From Macrostomum lignano (lineage: Eukaryota), in NCBI GenBank assembly GCA_002269645.1, contig NIVC01003251.1:45098-109097 (forward strand): 64,000 nucleotides of DNA, written 5' to 3'. Position numbers and translations under genes: made by a program. The notes beneath the pieces were generated by a model. It was not told the origin of the DNA. It saw only the letters and a program-made list of their open reading frames with translations, and made no database searches. This document shows, in pieces, positions 35,211-47,587 of this stretch (its first letter is position 1; the number at the start of each line of letters is the position of its first letter).

Positions 35211-38200
35211 TCAGAAGGCCTGGTGCATGCCGGCAGCCAATGAAGGCATTCGCAGGCCCATATCTCGGGCCAGTTGCAGTTGCACATCGGCAGCCTCCCG
35301 CAGCGCCCACAGGTGAGCCAACTCAGCCTCAGTCTTAGTCAGAGCGATAGCCCGATCAAACAGGCCGATGGCGGCGTCCAAGTTGCCACGCTGGACTTCG
35401 ATAGTGGCCAAAGTTTCTAGGGCGAATTCACAGCGAGGTTCCACTTCTAGGGCGCGTTGGATTAGGGCTACACCGCCTTCGGTGTCGTTGTGAGCCTGCA
35501 GTCTCAGCAGGCCCTGGTGTACGTACGCTGTGCCCGAATCCGGCTCGAGCTGTGATTATGGGGAAGCATGGAGCAGTCAGATGCTTCAACAATGCTCAGT
35601 TCTTGCTGAAACTCATGAGCACGCTCACACAAGGTGTACAACAGCCCTGATACAGAGACTCTGCCTTAGGGAGGCCGACCCAGCAACTGGGGATCTATCT
35701 GGGAGGCTGGTGACCCAGCAACTGGGGATCTATCTGGGAGGCTGGTGACCAGTGGTGTGATTGGAAAGTTTGCCACATTTCGCGCCGACTGAAAATTTTC
35801 GCGCCATGCCAATGATATTCTACTGACAGCCAAATAAGTCAATTGATGACACTTTTGAAGATGCGTCTGCATACATGCGCAACTGCTGGCCGACCTGGCC
35901 GATCTGGCCACTGTAAATTGTGGTGGACCAGGGGTAAGTCGCAAAAATGCCCACCCCAAAGAAGACATAGTACTAATTAGATGACGAGACATTTAGCCCT
36001 TATAAGAGAGTCACAGTTACTCCTGCCGTTTACCCAAAATTGCGTTAATGTTGCCCTAGGGTTTCTTTTGCAGGTAAGTCGCATTTTTGGTCAAAAAGTA
36101 AGTCGCATGGCCAGTGTAAATCAGGGGGTTGCGCATGTATGTGCGTCTGGCTACCAATTAGCATGTCTCTCAAGTCCCAGCCGTGTCCCGCCTGAACTTC
36201 TTGTTGGCGATGCTGGGTGGAATCTTTGAATCTGGGCAAATGGCCATCAGATCCTCGGCAAAGGTCCTCTTTTGATTCGAAGCTGCGATTCTTCAGTGCA
36301 ATCCTGACAACACATCTGATCTCTGCCACCCTTGCAGGCGTAGCAGCCACATCTTCAGTGTCACTTTGCTTCTTTGCGACCACGAAAGTCTCCACGAATC
36401 TCGAAATTCTCGAGATTAATCTCCTAAGCTATGACATTCTTGTATTTCATACTGTCTGACAAGAGAATAAGTGTAAAAAGCAGAAAATAAGAATGCAATT
36501 TTCGCGCCCATGGTTCCACAAAATTTCGCGCCAGACCCCCAGGATTCGCGCATTCGCGCCATTTTCGCGCCTGGCGCGAATTCGCGCCTGAATCACACCA
36601 CTGCTGGTGACCCAGCAACTGGGGATCTATCTGGGAGGCTGGTGACCCAGCAACTGGGGATCTATCTGGGAGGCTGGTGACCCAGCAACAGAGGATCTGG
36701 GAGGCTGGTGACCCAGCAGCTGAGGATCTGGGAGTCTGGTGACCCAGCAACTGGGGATTTGAGAGTCTGGTTACCCAGCAACTGAGGAATTTGGGAGTCT
36801 GGTGACCCAGCTGTCCCAGCAACTGGGGATTTGGGAGTCTGGTGACCCAGCAAACTGGAGATCTATCTGGGAGACTGTTGACCCAGCAACTGTGGATCTG
36901 GAAGGCTGGTGACCCAGCAACTGGGGATTTGGGAGTCTGGTGACCCAGCAACTGGGGATTTGGGAGTCTGGTGACCCAGCAACTGAGGATCTGGGAGGCT
37001 GGTGACCCAGCAACTGGGGATCTGGGAGTCTGGTGACCCAGCAACTGGGGATCTGGGATTCTGGTGACCCAGCAACTGGTGATCTGGGAGACTGGTGACC
37101 CAGCAACTGGTGATCTGGGAGACTGGTGACCCAGCAACTGGTGATCTGGGAGACTGGTGACCCAGCAACTGGTGATCTGGGAGACTGGTGACCCAGCAAC
37201 TGGGGATCTGGGAGGCTGGTGACCCAGTAACTGAGGATCTGGGAGGCTGGTGACCCAGCAACTGGGGATCTGGGAGGCTGGTGACCCAGCAACTGTGGAT
37301 CTGGGACACAGTGTATAAAACGGCCCTGATACAGCCACTCTGCCTCAGGGAGGCCGGCCCTCATGGCTGTGAATTTCACGAAAAACAGGCCAGTCAGTAA
37401 GAGTCGGTACAAACCTCAGTAACCCGTTTAAACGCTTTCTCCGCCTCGTCAAACTGTTGCGTCTCTAGCAGGGCCTGGGCGTAGAGCGAATGCGCTTCAC
37501 CGCAACGGCGATGCTTCTCGGTTAAACGGCGAAGCTGGTCGAGTGCGTTGGCGCCCGACCCGGTTCGGTGGGAGGCGTAGGCGCGCTGCACCGCGGGAAT
37601 TGGATTGGCTGGGGCACCCTGCGGCGAGTTTTTAGGGAAGAATTTTTAGTATGTATGATTTTTTGGTAAAGTGCAAGGATTCATATATTGGGAAATCGGG
37701 ATGTAAAATGGGGATTTCGATAATGGGGAATGGGGATCTAAACGCGGATTCCGATGGTGGAGAATGGGGTTTCTAGCAAGGTCTAGCGAGAGTTCCAAGC
37801 TTATTGTTGCACTTTTTATGATCTGTCGGCTGTCTGCTTTCTGGCAATGTTTTGTTTAAATGCGGATTTTGATGGTGGAGAATAGGGATCTAAAATGGGG
37901 ACTTCGATGGTGGAGAATAGGGATCTAAAATGGGGACTTCGATGGTGGAGAATAGGGATCTAAAATGGGGACTTCGATGGTGGAGAATAGGGATCTAAAA
38001 TGGGGACTTCGATGGTGGAGAATAGGGATCTAAAATGGGGACTTCGATGGTGGAGAATAGGGATCTAAAATGGGGACTTCGATGGTGGAGAATAGGGATC
38101 TAAAATGGGGACTTCGATGGTGGAGAATAGGGATCTAAAATGGGGACTTCGATGGTGAAGAATGGGGATCTAAAATGGGGATTTCGATGGTGGAGAATAG

Positions 38201-41200
38201 GGATCTAAAATGGGGATTTCGATGGTGGAGAATAGGGATCTAAAATGGGGATTTCGATGGTGGAGAATAGGGATCTAAAATGGGGATTTTGATGGTGGGG
38301 AAGGGGGATCTAAAAAGGGGACTTCGATGGTGGGGAATCGGGATCTCTAAAATGGGGATTTCGATGGTGGGGAGTTGGGATTCAAATTTGGGATTTTGAT
38401 GGTGGGGAATCGGCAGTTGAAGAGGCGAGCCTAATATTCAAAGAAGGAAAAAAAACCTAAACAGTCAAATACAAACTAACCTCGCAAGCTTTAGTAAGAT
38501 GCACCAAAGCTTCGTCCAGCCGGTCGGTGAGCAGCAGCATCTGGCCCCGATGATGATGAGCGTCAGGATGATCCGGGCACAGCTGCAGCGCTCGATCGAA
38601 ATGGCCCAGCACGCTATCAGTTAGCACATCAGTTTGGCCTGGCATCGCCGCCTGCATAGCAAGGGACGCCAGCTTAATGAGAGCGTTGGCCCTGACGGAC
38701 CGGTCAACGTCATTGGAGTTGGCCAGGCTCTTCAACGTGGGCTCGGCTGACAGGGGCTGGCCGGACAGCAGCTGCAGGGTGGCCAGTAGCAGGCGGCAGA
38801 GATCTCTGCGATACGGAGTGAGATAGGATTGCTTCTCGGCTGCCTGTTGTTCCTGTTGCTGCTCCTGCGGCTGCGGCTCGTCACCGGATTCACCTGCAGC
38901 TTGGCTTGCCTCAGCTGATGCTGTTGGCGAGGGCGTCTGCGCGGAGCCTGCGATGGAAATAATGGTTAATATGGTGGCCTAGCAGCTGGGGATCCGGGAG
39001 GCTGGTGACCCAGCAACTGGGGATCCGGGAGGCTGATGATCCAGCAACTGGGGATCTGGGAGGCTGGTGACCCAGTAACTGAGGATCTGAGAGGCTGGTG
39101 ACCCAGCAACTGGTGATCTGAGAGGCTGGTGACCCAGCAACTGGGGATCCGGGAGGCTGATGATCCAGCAACTGGGGATCTGGGAGGCTGGTGACCCAGT
39201 AACTGAGGATCTGAGAGGCTGGTGACCCAGCAACTGGTGATCTGAGAGGCTGGTGACCCAGCAACTGGGGATCCGGGAGACTGGTGACCCAGAAACTGGG
39301 GATCCGGGAGGCGGATGATCCAGCAACTGGGGATCTAGGAGGCTGGTGACCAAGCAACTGGGGATCTGAGAGGCTGGTGACCCAGCAACTGGGGATCCGG
39401 GAGGCTGATGATCCAGCAACTGGGGATCCGGGAGGCTGATGATCCAGCAACTGGGGATCCGGGAGGCTGATGATCCAGCAACTGGGGATCCGGGAGGCTG
39501 ATGATCCAGCAATTGTGGATCTGGGAGGCTGATGACCCAGCAACTGGGGATCTGGGAGGCTGGTGACCCAGCAACTGGGGATCTGAGAGGCTGGTGACCT
39601 AGCAACTGGGGATCTGGGAGGCTGATGACCCAGAAACTGGGGATCTGAGAGGCTGATGACCCAGCAACTGGCGATCCGGGAGGCTGGTGACCCAGCAACT
39701 GGGGATCTGAGAGGCTGGTGACCCAGCAACTGGGGATCCGGGAGGTTGATGACCCAGAAACTGGGGATCCGGGAGACTGGTGACCCAGAAACTGGGGATC
39801 CGGGAGGCTGATGACCCAGCAACTGGGGATCTGGGAGGCTGGCCCAGCAACTAAAGATCTGAGAGGCTGATGACCAAGCAACTGGGGATCTGGGAGGCTG
39901 GTGACCCAGCAACTGGGGATCTGAGAGGCTGGTGACCCAGCAACTGGGGATCTGAGAGGCTGATGACCCAGCAACTGGGGATCCGGGAGGATGGTGACCC
40001 AGAAACTGGGGATCTGAAAGGCTGATGACCCAGCAACTGGGGATCCGGGAGGCTGGCCCAGCAACTGAAGATCTGGAAGAGAATCTGTGCGAACATGTAA
40101 AAACCAGATTGCTAAGAATTAGCGGCACTAATTACAGCCTCAGCAACCGTACCGTTAGAGTGCACCGGAGCTTTCAACGCCTCCTCGCACAGGCCAATCA
40201 GCTGATCGAATTTGCCATCGCTCAGAGCCTGCAGAGCGGCACTGAACGGGTCGGAGCCGATGGGCTCTCGCTGCACAGGGTCCTCGGAGAACGACATGAA
40301 AAAAGAGCGCAGAAACGCCTTGCTAGGCAACGAGGGAACAATGCGACTGGCGGATTCTTTAGCTAATTGACGACCGCGACTTTTTAGAACCTGAAATATA
40401 GATGGAAGGTGAGACCCTACATGTGTGAGGTTAGGAAAGGTCGAAAGTTCATATTTCAGTATTAAGGTCACAGGATCAAAGGTTATAAACACACACTAAG
40501 ACCAAGGTCACAGGGTCAAAGGTCATAAACACACACTAAGGCCAAGGTCACAGGGTCAAAGGTTATAAATACACGCTAAAGCCAAGGTCACAGGGTCAAA
40601 GGTTATAAACACACCCTAAGGCCAAGGTCACAGGGTAAAGGTTATAAACACACCCTAAGGCCAAGGTCACAGGGCCAAAGGTTATAAACATACACTAAGG
40701 CCAAGGTCACAGGGTCAAAGGTTTCAAGCACAATAAGGCCAAGGTCACAGGGTCAAAGGTTATAAACACACACTAAGGCCAAGGTTACAGGGTCAAAGGT
40801 TATAAACACACACTAAGGCCAAGGTCACAGGGTCAAAGGTTATAAACACACACTAAGGCCAAGGTCACAGGGTCAAAGGTTATAAACATACACTAAGGCC
40901 AAGGTCACAGGGTCAAAGGTTGCAAGCACAATAAGGCCAAGGTCACAGGGTCAAAGGTTATAAACACACCCTAAGGCCAAGGTCACAGGGTCAAAGGTTG
41001 CAAACATACACACTAAGGCCAAGGTCACGGTCAAAGGTTATAAACACACCCTAAGGCCAAGGTCACAGGGTCAAAGGTTGCAAACACACCCTAAGGCCAA
41101 GGTCACAGGGTCAAAGGTTGCAAACATACACACTAAGGCCAAGGTCACAGGGTCAAAGGTTACCTGCTCAGCCCTAGTCAAGCTGTCCGAGTTGCTGAAG

Positions 41201-42442
41201 CTCTCCAGAATGCACACAGCGGTAATATCAACCAGAGCTCCGCGAAGTTCGCCTAAGCGTTCACGAACTTTAGCCCTACGAGCCAGAGCTTTAGTGTAGC
41301 GAGGACTGTGCTCCAGGGCGCTAGTGCAATCCCGCTCGACATCGTCCCATTTGCCCAGCGACTCCAGGGCCGCGGCGCGATTCTGATAGAATGTTGACAG
41401 GGTGTCGGATTGGTCTGGCGGGCACAGATCGATAGCTTCAGAGTAGCATTCGATTGCTTTGTCGTAGCGACCGCCTCGATAGTATTTATTGCCGCGCTCT
41501 TTCACCTGCAGTGCGGCTTCTAGCGGAGTTGCTGGCTGCTGCTGCTGTTGCTGCGATGGCGGCGGAGACGCTTCTTGAGAAGATTGTCCTGTCGATTCTT
41601 CGACGCTCTGGTTCAGGACAAGAAAGGTCAAGAGAGCTTAACTGCTAAGGGTCAAGTAAGGTCACATACTGAATTTTTAAGGGTCAAGTAAGGTCACATA
41701 CTGAATTTTTAAGGGTCAAGTAAGGTCCCATACTGAATTTTTAAAGGTCAAGTAAGGTCACATACTGAATTTTTGAGGGTCAAGTAAGGTCACATACTGA
41801 ATTTTTAAGGGTCAAGTAAGGTCACATACTGAATTTTTAAGGGTCAAGTAAGGTCACATACTGAATTTTTAAGGGTCAAGTAAGGTCAAATACTGAATTT
41901 TTAAAGGTCAAGTAAGGTCACATACTGAATTTTTAAGGGTCAAGTAAGGTCACATACTGAATTTTTAAGGGTCAAGTCAGGTCACTAACTTGAACGATAT
42001 AATGATATCAAGTAAGGTGGGTGATACAGGGTCAAACCAGGTGATGAATAAGGTCAAGTCAGGTCACGAAATGGATGATAAAGGCTAATACAGGTAAAAT
42101 AACGAATTCATGATATTAAATCAACTAAACCATTAAGGGTCAAATTAAGTCATAGGCTCACAACTTAGTGTCATAGTTTCAAATCATATTATATAACATC
42201 AATTGAAAGTGTTGTTATTAAGCTAAATACTTGTAAAAGCCAATATTTGACTCAGGATAAATTTACAGATTCACTGCATCAAGACTAACCTTTTTCTTTT
42301 TCCCCTTTTCAGCATTCTGAGAGCGCCGATGGTAGAAATAGTAATAAGCCACTCCAAGGCCAAGCCCGGCTACTGGCACAGACACCAACGCAATGGTCTT
42401 CCAGTCCCATTTGCTGGAGTTGGATGCTGTACCACCGCCCAT
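35211..42442 (-). CDS. TOMM70: Mitochondrial import receptor TOM70; exons 42442-42290, 41607-41164, 40390-40153, 38947-38481, 37618-37415, 35549-35211 (614 aa)
   Basis: N-terminal anchor (IALVSVPVAGLGLGVAYYY) followed by a basic patch, TPR clamp KERGNKYYRGGRYDKAIECYSEAI...FYQNRAA, the LPSKAFLRSFFMSFSEDP linker and a C-terminal TPR ending RCEFALETLATIEVQRGN. All five introns are GT-AG with compatible phases. Confidence 0.93.
35750..36603 (-). mobile_element. Non-autonomous hAT-type DNA transposon, 854 bp
   Basis: TIR CAGTGGTGTGATT at both ends, 8-bp TSD CTGGTGAC (35742-35749, 36604-36611), subterminal TTCGCGCC repeats and a transposase-like remnant (36045..36395). Confidence 0.85.
36604..37305. 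repeat. TOM70 intron 5 minisatellite, about 31 bp (GGGAGGCTGGTGACCCAGCAACTGGGGATCT), continuing at 35660-35749
   Basis: Directly visible; split by the hAT element. Confidence 0.95.
37860..38410. repeat. TOM70 intron 4 minisatellite, about 35 bp (GATGGTGGAGAATAGGGATCTAAAATGGGGACTTC)
   Basis: Directly visible. Confidence 0.95.
38985..40075. repeat. TOM70 intron 3 minisatellite, same 31-bp family as intron 5
   Basis: Directly visible. Confidence 0.95.
40465..41163. repeat. TOM70 intron 2 minisatellite, about 40 bp (AGGCCAAGGTCACAGGGTCAAAGGTTATAAACACACACTA)
   Basis: Directly visible; the array begins at the splice donor. Confidence 0.95.
41646..41985. repeat. TOM70 intron 1 minisatellite, about 32 bp (AAGGGTCAAGTAAGGTCACATACTGAATTTTT)
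   Basis: Directly visible. Confidence 0.95.
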
Positions 42443-45400
42443 TCAGAAATCCATTCAGACATTTGATTTAGTTATTATAATGAGTCTAATTTTGTCGAGT
42501 CTTGAGACTAAATATTAATAGCAATAAGTTAATTTTAACTGACTTGCTTTTAAATCTTCAGATCCTGATTTCTTTAAGAAAATCCTATCCTGTTTTAATA
42601 ATTAACATTTATATATGCTTAATACATTAGAAAATGATCCCAAAACATTCTCTATCCTCAAATCCTAGGAATCAGGTAGGATCCCAACACTGATTCCATG
42701 CTGTCTGTAAGATACTGCTTTATTGCAGATAGTATAGAAAGACTTTTGCTCTGAGTTTGCATATATTGGAATGTACAAGCTATGACTAATCCCCTCCCCT
42801 CTCTATTTTCCATGTTTCTATATTTTCTTTTAACAGGGCTAGGAATAATTCTATATATTAAAAGTTATTGCCAAACTAAAGGCAATAAAGTAGCAAGTCT
42901 GCTAAAAAATAATTCAATAAAGTTAGTAAATATTAAAAACTGTTTTAATGTATAATCAGCACTGCTTATAAGAAACTTGTTTTATAGAAACATGTGCCTT
43001 TATTTTAAATATAATCTAACAAAACATGTATACTATTCATTCATTATACAATATATAATGAATGTATCATTATACAATTATTGAATAGTTATTTAACTAT
43101 ATCAATGCCACCTATAAAACAAAAAGCATCAAAATAAATTAAGCTATAATAAGCTAAGCTTATAATATTCTAGTATATAATACAACTAGGCACAAAGGTG
43201 CCATAGTCCTCATCATGGCAGTACTAGATTATAGTCATTTTAGTGACGATATTTTGGTGCATCATTTCAATGAAAAGAAAAAAAACTATTTTGGTGACAG
43301 CCATTGTGGTTTCAATTCAAGCAAAAAATATCTTGCCAATCTTAAGTGCAATGAAATATAAAATTTAGAGGCTTGTAAAATGGTAGTGTTGTTTAATTCA
43401 GTTTTGCTTATTTACTATAAATTAGCAAACTTGCAATATTTTGTTTGTAACTTGTACACTTTTCAAATTTGGCAAATATTTTTTTAGCTTTAGTTGAAGT
43501 TGAAAGTGAAGTACTTAGGGTTGTCTCGGGGTGGCCTGGTAGGTATTTGAATCCCATTGCTGCCACCAATGTTGTACCTGTACTTTTCTTGCTATCTAGC
43601 ATAGTGATTTGGGCTCTCTGTCTTCTCAACCGGAAGCCTTCTATTAGCTCTTAGTAGCCTAGGTAGTGCTGTCACTAGTTCCTTCAGGAATCAGGTCTTT
43701 GCCTTTGGTGAGGTGAGTTTCCTGTTGGAATGAAATAAACAAGTCAATGAACTCAGCATAGCATGCAGATTTGCAGATTAATGAACAAGGTGTCCTGGTC
43801 AGCAGATCTTGCTAGGATCAAAGGGTGGCTAGGAAGGCAGTATTAGCCTCCCTTAGTCTTTGGCATCTAAGTTTAGTCAGGCCAATTATAGATAGCTCAA
43901 ATGGGCAGCTGAACGAAGTCTGGAAAACTAGACTAAAGAAGAACAACAATAACAATCATTGACTGAACCAAAGAAGGCATATATTTATAGGCAAGGAATC
44001 CCCACTGCGCCAGTGTGCACCAGACCTTGTGACTATTTTATTTTTAGAACTGATGTCAGCCTCCACTACAAAGAAGGCAGGGTCTGCACATAAAGTACAT
44101 AGGGATGCTTGACTCAGTATCTATTTTTAGAAAAATGAGTCACCTATTACCTTAGAGAAGGCAAGGGGCCTAAAGCATGTGATTCCTCCTATAAATATAG
44201 GCCAACAAGTATAGCCAACATGTTTACTGTAGTTTAAGACTTTGAGAAAACAAGACTTGTCAAGTGACTTGCTTACATGACAAAGGAAATAGGCCACTAG
44301 CATGACTTCAGGATAGGAATGAAATGCAGAGCAGGCCATAGCAGAGAAGCTCATGGCTACAAGCAAGAGCACAGAGAAGAAGAGAAGATAGAGAATAGGT
44401 AGTAAAAGGAGAGGAAGGCTGCTTAGTGGCAGACAGCAACCCAGGGCAAGGGCCAAGGTGAAAGAAGCTGCTAATAATAGTGCAATGTCTAACATCAAAC
44501 TAGTGGATCATTACAAAAGGCATTTTATGAGGATGATTGTCTATTTTTTGTCTGGATATTGTGGGACTAATTTACCATGACCTGCACAATTTTTTTTCCT
44601 AAAAATATACATGTGTATATTAATCTTTTGACAGAAGTTTAGAAACTTACAAGATATAAATCTTAGCAAAATAACTATAAACTGATATTATGGAATGTCT
44701 CATATTACTAAAATGACCAACTTACAAAAAACTTTTTTTCTTAAAAGTGAACTATGTTTGTCACAGAAGCAACTTGTCACTGGAATGGCTATTAGTCACC
44801 AGAATGTCTTATTATCTAAATGACCAACATATTGGCTGCACCCATAGAACCAAATCAATATATAATTCCCTTTGTTAACAATTGTTTTAGATTATTAAAT
44901 ATTGAATGAAAAAACTTAGAAGTTTCTAGTTTTATTAAAAGATCTGCTCAAATGATAAAGTAGGCTTAATGTTTGATTTAATTTTGTTTAAACCTTTTAT
45001 TAAAAGTTAAAATGAAGGTATTGCAATCTTGGGCAAATTCCTAGTTTTGCACGTTTAATTTCTATTTGAAATCGTGTTTATATGACATAGTCATGCTAAA
45101 GTGACGTGGCATATAGTCTATTGTCCTTGTAGTTGATAGTCTATGGAATAAAGGTCTGGGGGTGATAAGAGTAAAGGCAATGGCAAAGGGAAAGGCTTAG
45201 CTGCAAATATTGAAGCTGCAAACTCAAGGTAGCCATTTAGTTGACAGTGTTGCCTGGGCTTGCCTCTTTGTGAAAAGTGCAGGGTCTAGGCCTTTATTTG
45301 CAAGGGGTCATTTTTTTAGGCTAGCCATTTTAGCCTGATATAGCTGATCAACCTAATCTATTGGTGGGCTAAAGAAGCGAAAGGGATAACCATCAAGCGG

Positions 45401-47158
45401 CAATGTAGGGTGGCCAAATAGACTGTCACTGACTGGCAAAACTTTATGCATGATATCTGCTCCAGTATCTAGAAGACCACCTTAATGTAGCTTAGAGGCC
45501 CTGAAGTTGACGTTGAGATCAATAAGTCATATTTTTTTTTCTATTGAAAATATCATTAGGAAGCCTACTAGCCCAGTAAGTGGGTTCTAGGCTTAGGCAT
45601 AGCAGAGTATGGGTTGACTCGCTGCATGATGGTCACTATCCCTAACCAAAACCAAACTTTTATTGATATTTAACTAGGCTACCAGTTTTTAACTTGTTCT
45701 GCTGCTTATTTCAAACTAATGTTTGGAAAATGCGATTTCAAACAGAAAATATTTAAATTTGTAAAACTAGAAATTGCCTAATCTTGTTCTTGTTAAGTTG
45801 ATATCTCCCATAAATATTTTTAATTCTATGATTTTTGTGCAAAGTTAGGCCTAATGATAAAAATCGCCTTGGCCTAAGTATCTAGGCCTAATCTATATAA
45901 TAAAATAAAGCAACATGTCAATTTATTTTTTATCAATATCAGTTATTATTATTTTAATAACAATTGTCTAATAGCTTGTTCAATAGGGCCTAAGACCTAT
46001 TTATTTGGCCTATGCTATAATTTAGTCCCAATGTCATGAGATAAGTCCAGTTTAGCCTAATAAATCTTTTGCCAAAATTTTTGAAATATACAAATACAAA
46101 ATATAAATGTCACAATCACAAAAATGTCACATGGGCCAGGTCAGTGCAATTTCAGAAGTCAAAGTCAGACTTGTGAAAAATAGCTTTGATTATGTAGACG
46201 TGGTAGGCGACATGGTGCTGCAGCCCCCTGTTGGAGTCACTAATGTTGACGCTTCGATGGGTGTCATGTTTAGCGACAACAATTTCACATGCACCTTCTA
46301 CAATGGAACTCTGTATGATGTGCAACTAGGGGCCTAATCACGTACGTAGGAATAGGCCTATTGGTAGGCCTACCCTTAATTTACAACCCATTTTTGAATC
46401 TATCTTCTGCAATCAGAGTAAAGTTGAAATGCTGCTCTTGCAATATAGCTCAATACATTAAGTAAATAACGCTTTTTGGAGTGGAAGCTTAACCACACTG
46501 GCGTGAGTGGCGTTAGGCGTCAGTGGAAAACTCAGTCTCAAAATCCATAATCGAGCATCGACCATCGAGAAATAACAAAGGACAAACTGCGACTGCGATG
46601 AGCTGGCTAGGCCTACACAGGATTGACCCGGCCCCACTGACTACGGAGAGAGCTGGGCCTACTGCAAGGCAGTCTGAAAACGGGGCGAGCGCAGCATATT
46701 CCGCTAGCGTAGCGTAGAGAGCTAAAGTTCTGATTGATGATGTATCTAGTATGTAGTGTACATTAGAATTAATTTATTGCGTTCGAAATAGGCGCGAAGT
46801 TTAACATGAAACATTTATCGATTTAAACAAATCATCAAGGTAGAGACTTCTGCTAATGACTTTTTCGGGTTGCGCTTGTCCGTGAAAATTCAGGAGGTCC
46901 TAACTTTAGTTTTCTTGTCACAAAAATATTAACTACTGTGCTTTGGAAATAAAGTCACTGGAAACCACATTTAATAAAAGCAGGTACACTGTACTTCTTG
47001 TAAAGCTCAAAAAAGGCATCAAAATTAAGCAAAACCTTTATTGCATGGTGTTAATTAGGAATATTACGTATGCTTTGCATTAAGTGCTGCTTTGCATTCA
47101 CATGCAGCACTGCATGAGGGCCGCGCGCGTAAAGGGGTCGCCACACAGGATTCTATAG

Positions 47159-47587
47159 GTGAACCGACAACCAATTCGGCGACAAGTCAATTCGGCGACA
47201 GTCAGTTCAACGACATATGAGGGGCGGTTAAAACAGGGCGGTAATTTGTAATCCATTGCGTTGAGTTCGCATGTTTACTCCGATTCTAAAATAATACAAA
47301 GTGGTAATTCCTTTGCTGCGAAAGTGTAGGATGTGCTGCATGTATGCATTGTATATCATATGTACATGTACATGCAAAATGAACTGCGTTCCATCCAAAG
47401 ACTCATTCACTACGCAGCTATCAAATAAAGCTAAAGTCACACGACAGCATATATATATACTTCAGCATACTTTAGCTAGCTTTCTATATACTTCAGCATT
47501 CGCCGAATTGCAGGCTGTCGCCGAACTGACTTGTCGCCGTATCGGTTGCCGCCGAATTAGCAATTGTCGCCGAATTAACTGGAAGCC
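47159..47587. mobile_element. MITE-like element with inverted subterminal AATTCGGCGACA repeats
   Basis: TTCGGCGACA repeats on the left and TGTCGCCGAA repeats on the right; flanked by a TTCTATAG direct repeat (47151-47158, 47588-47595). Appears nested in an older element ending GGCGACGCCCCTG at 47883. Confidence 0.6.

Noticed and set aside
36424-40128. ORFs of 200-400 aa with CWVTSLPDPQLLGHQ repeats
   Set aside because: They are translations of intronic minisatellites; the TOM70 exons splice cleanly around them.
37860-41985. Regularly spaced 30-40-bp repeats resembling CRISPR arrays
   Set aside because: Units are head-to-tail with no unique spacers, there are no cas genes, and the context is eukaryotic introns.
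43408-43629. Weak integrase-like wording (KKIFAKF) in the CpG-poor region
   Set aside because: No catalytic motif or neighbouring pol domains recognisable; cannot be called without a profile search.
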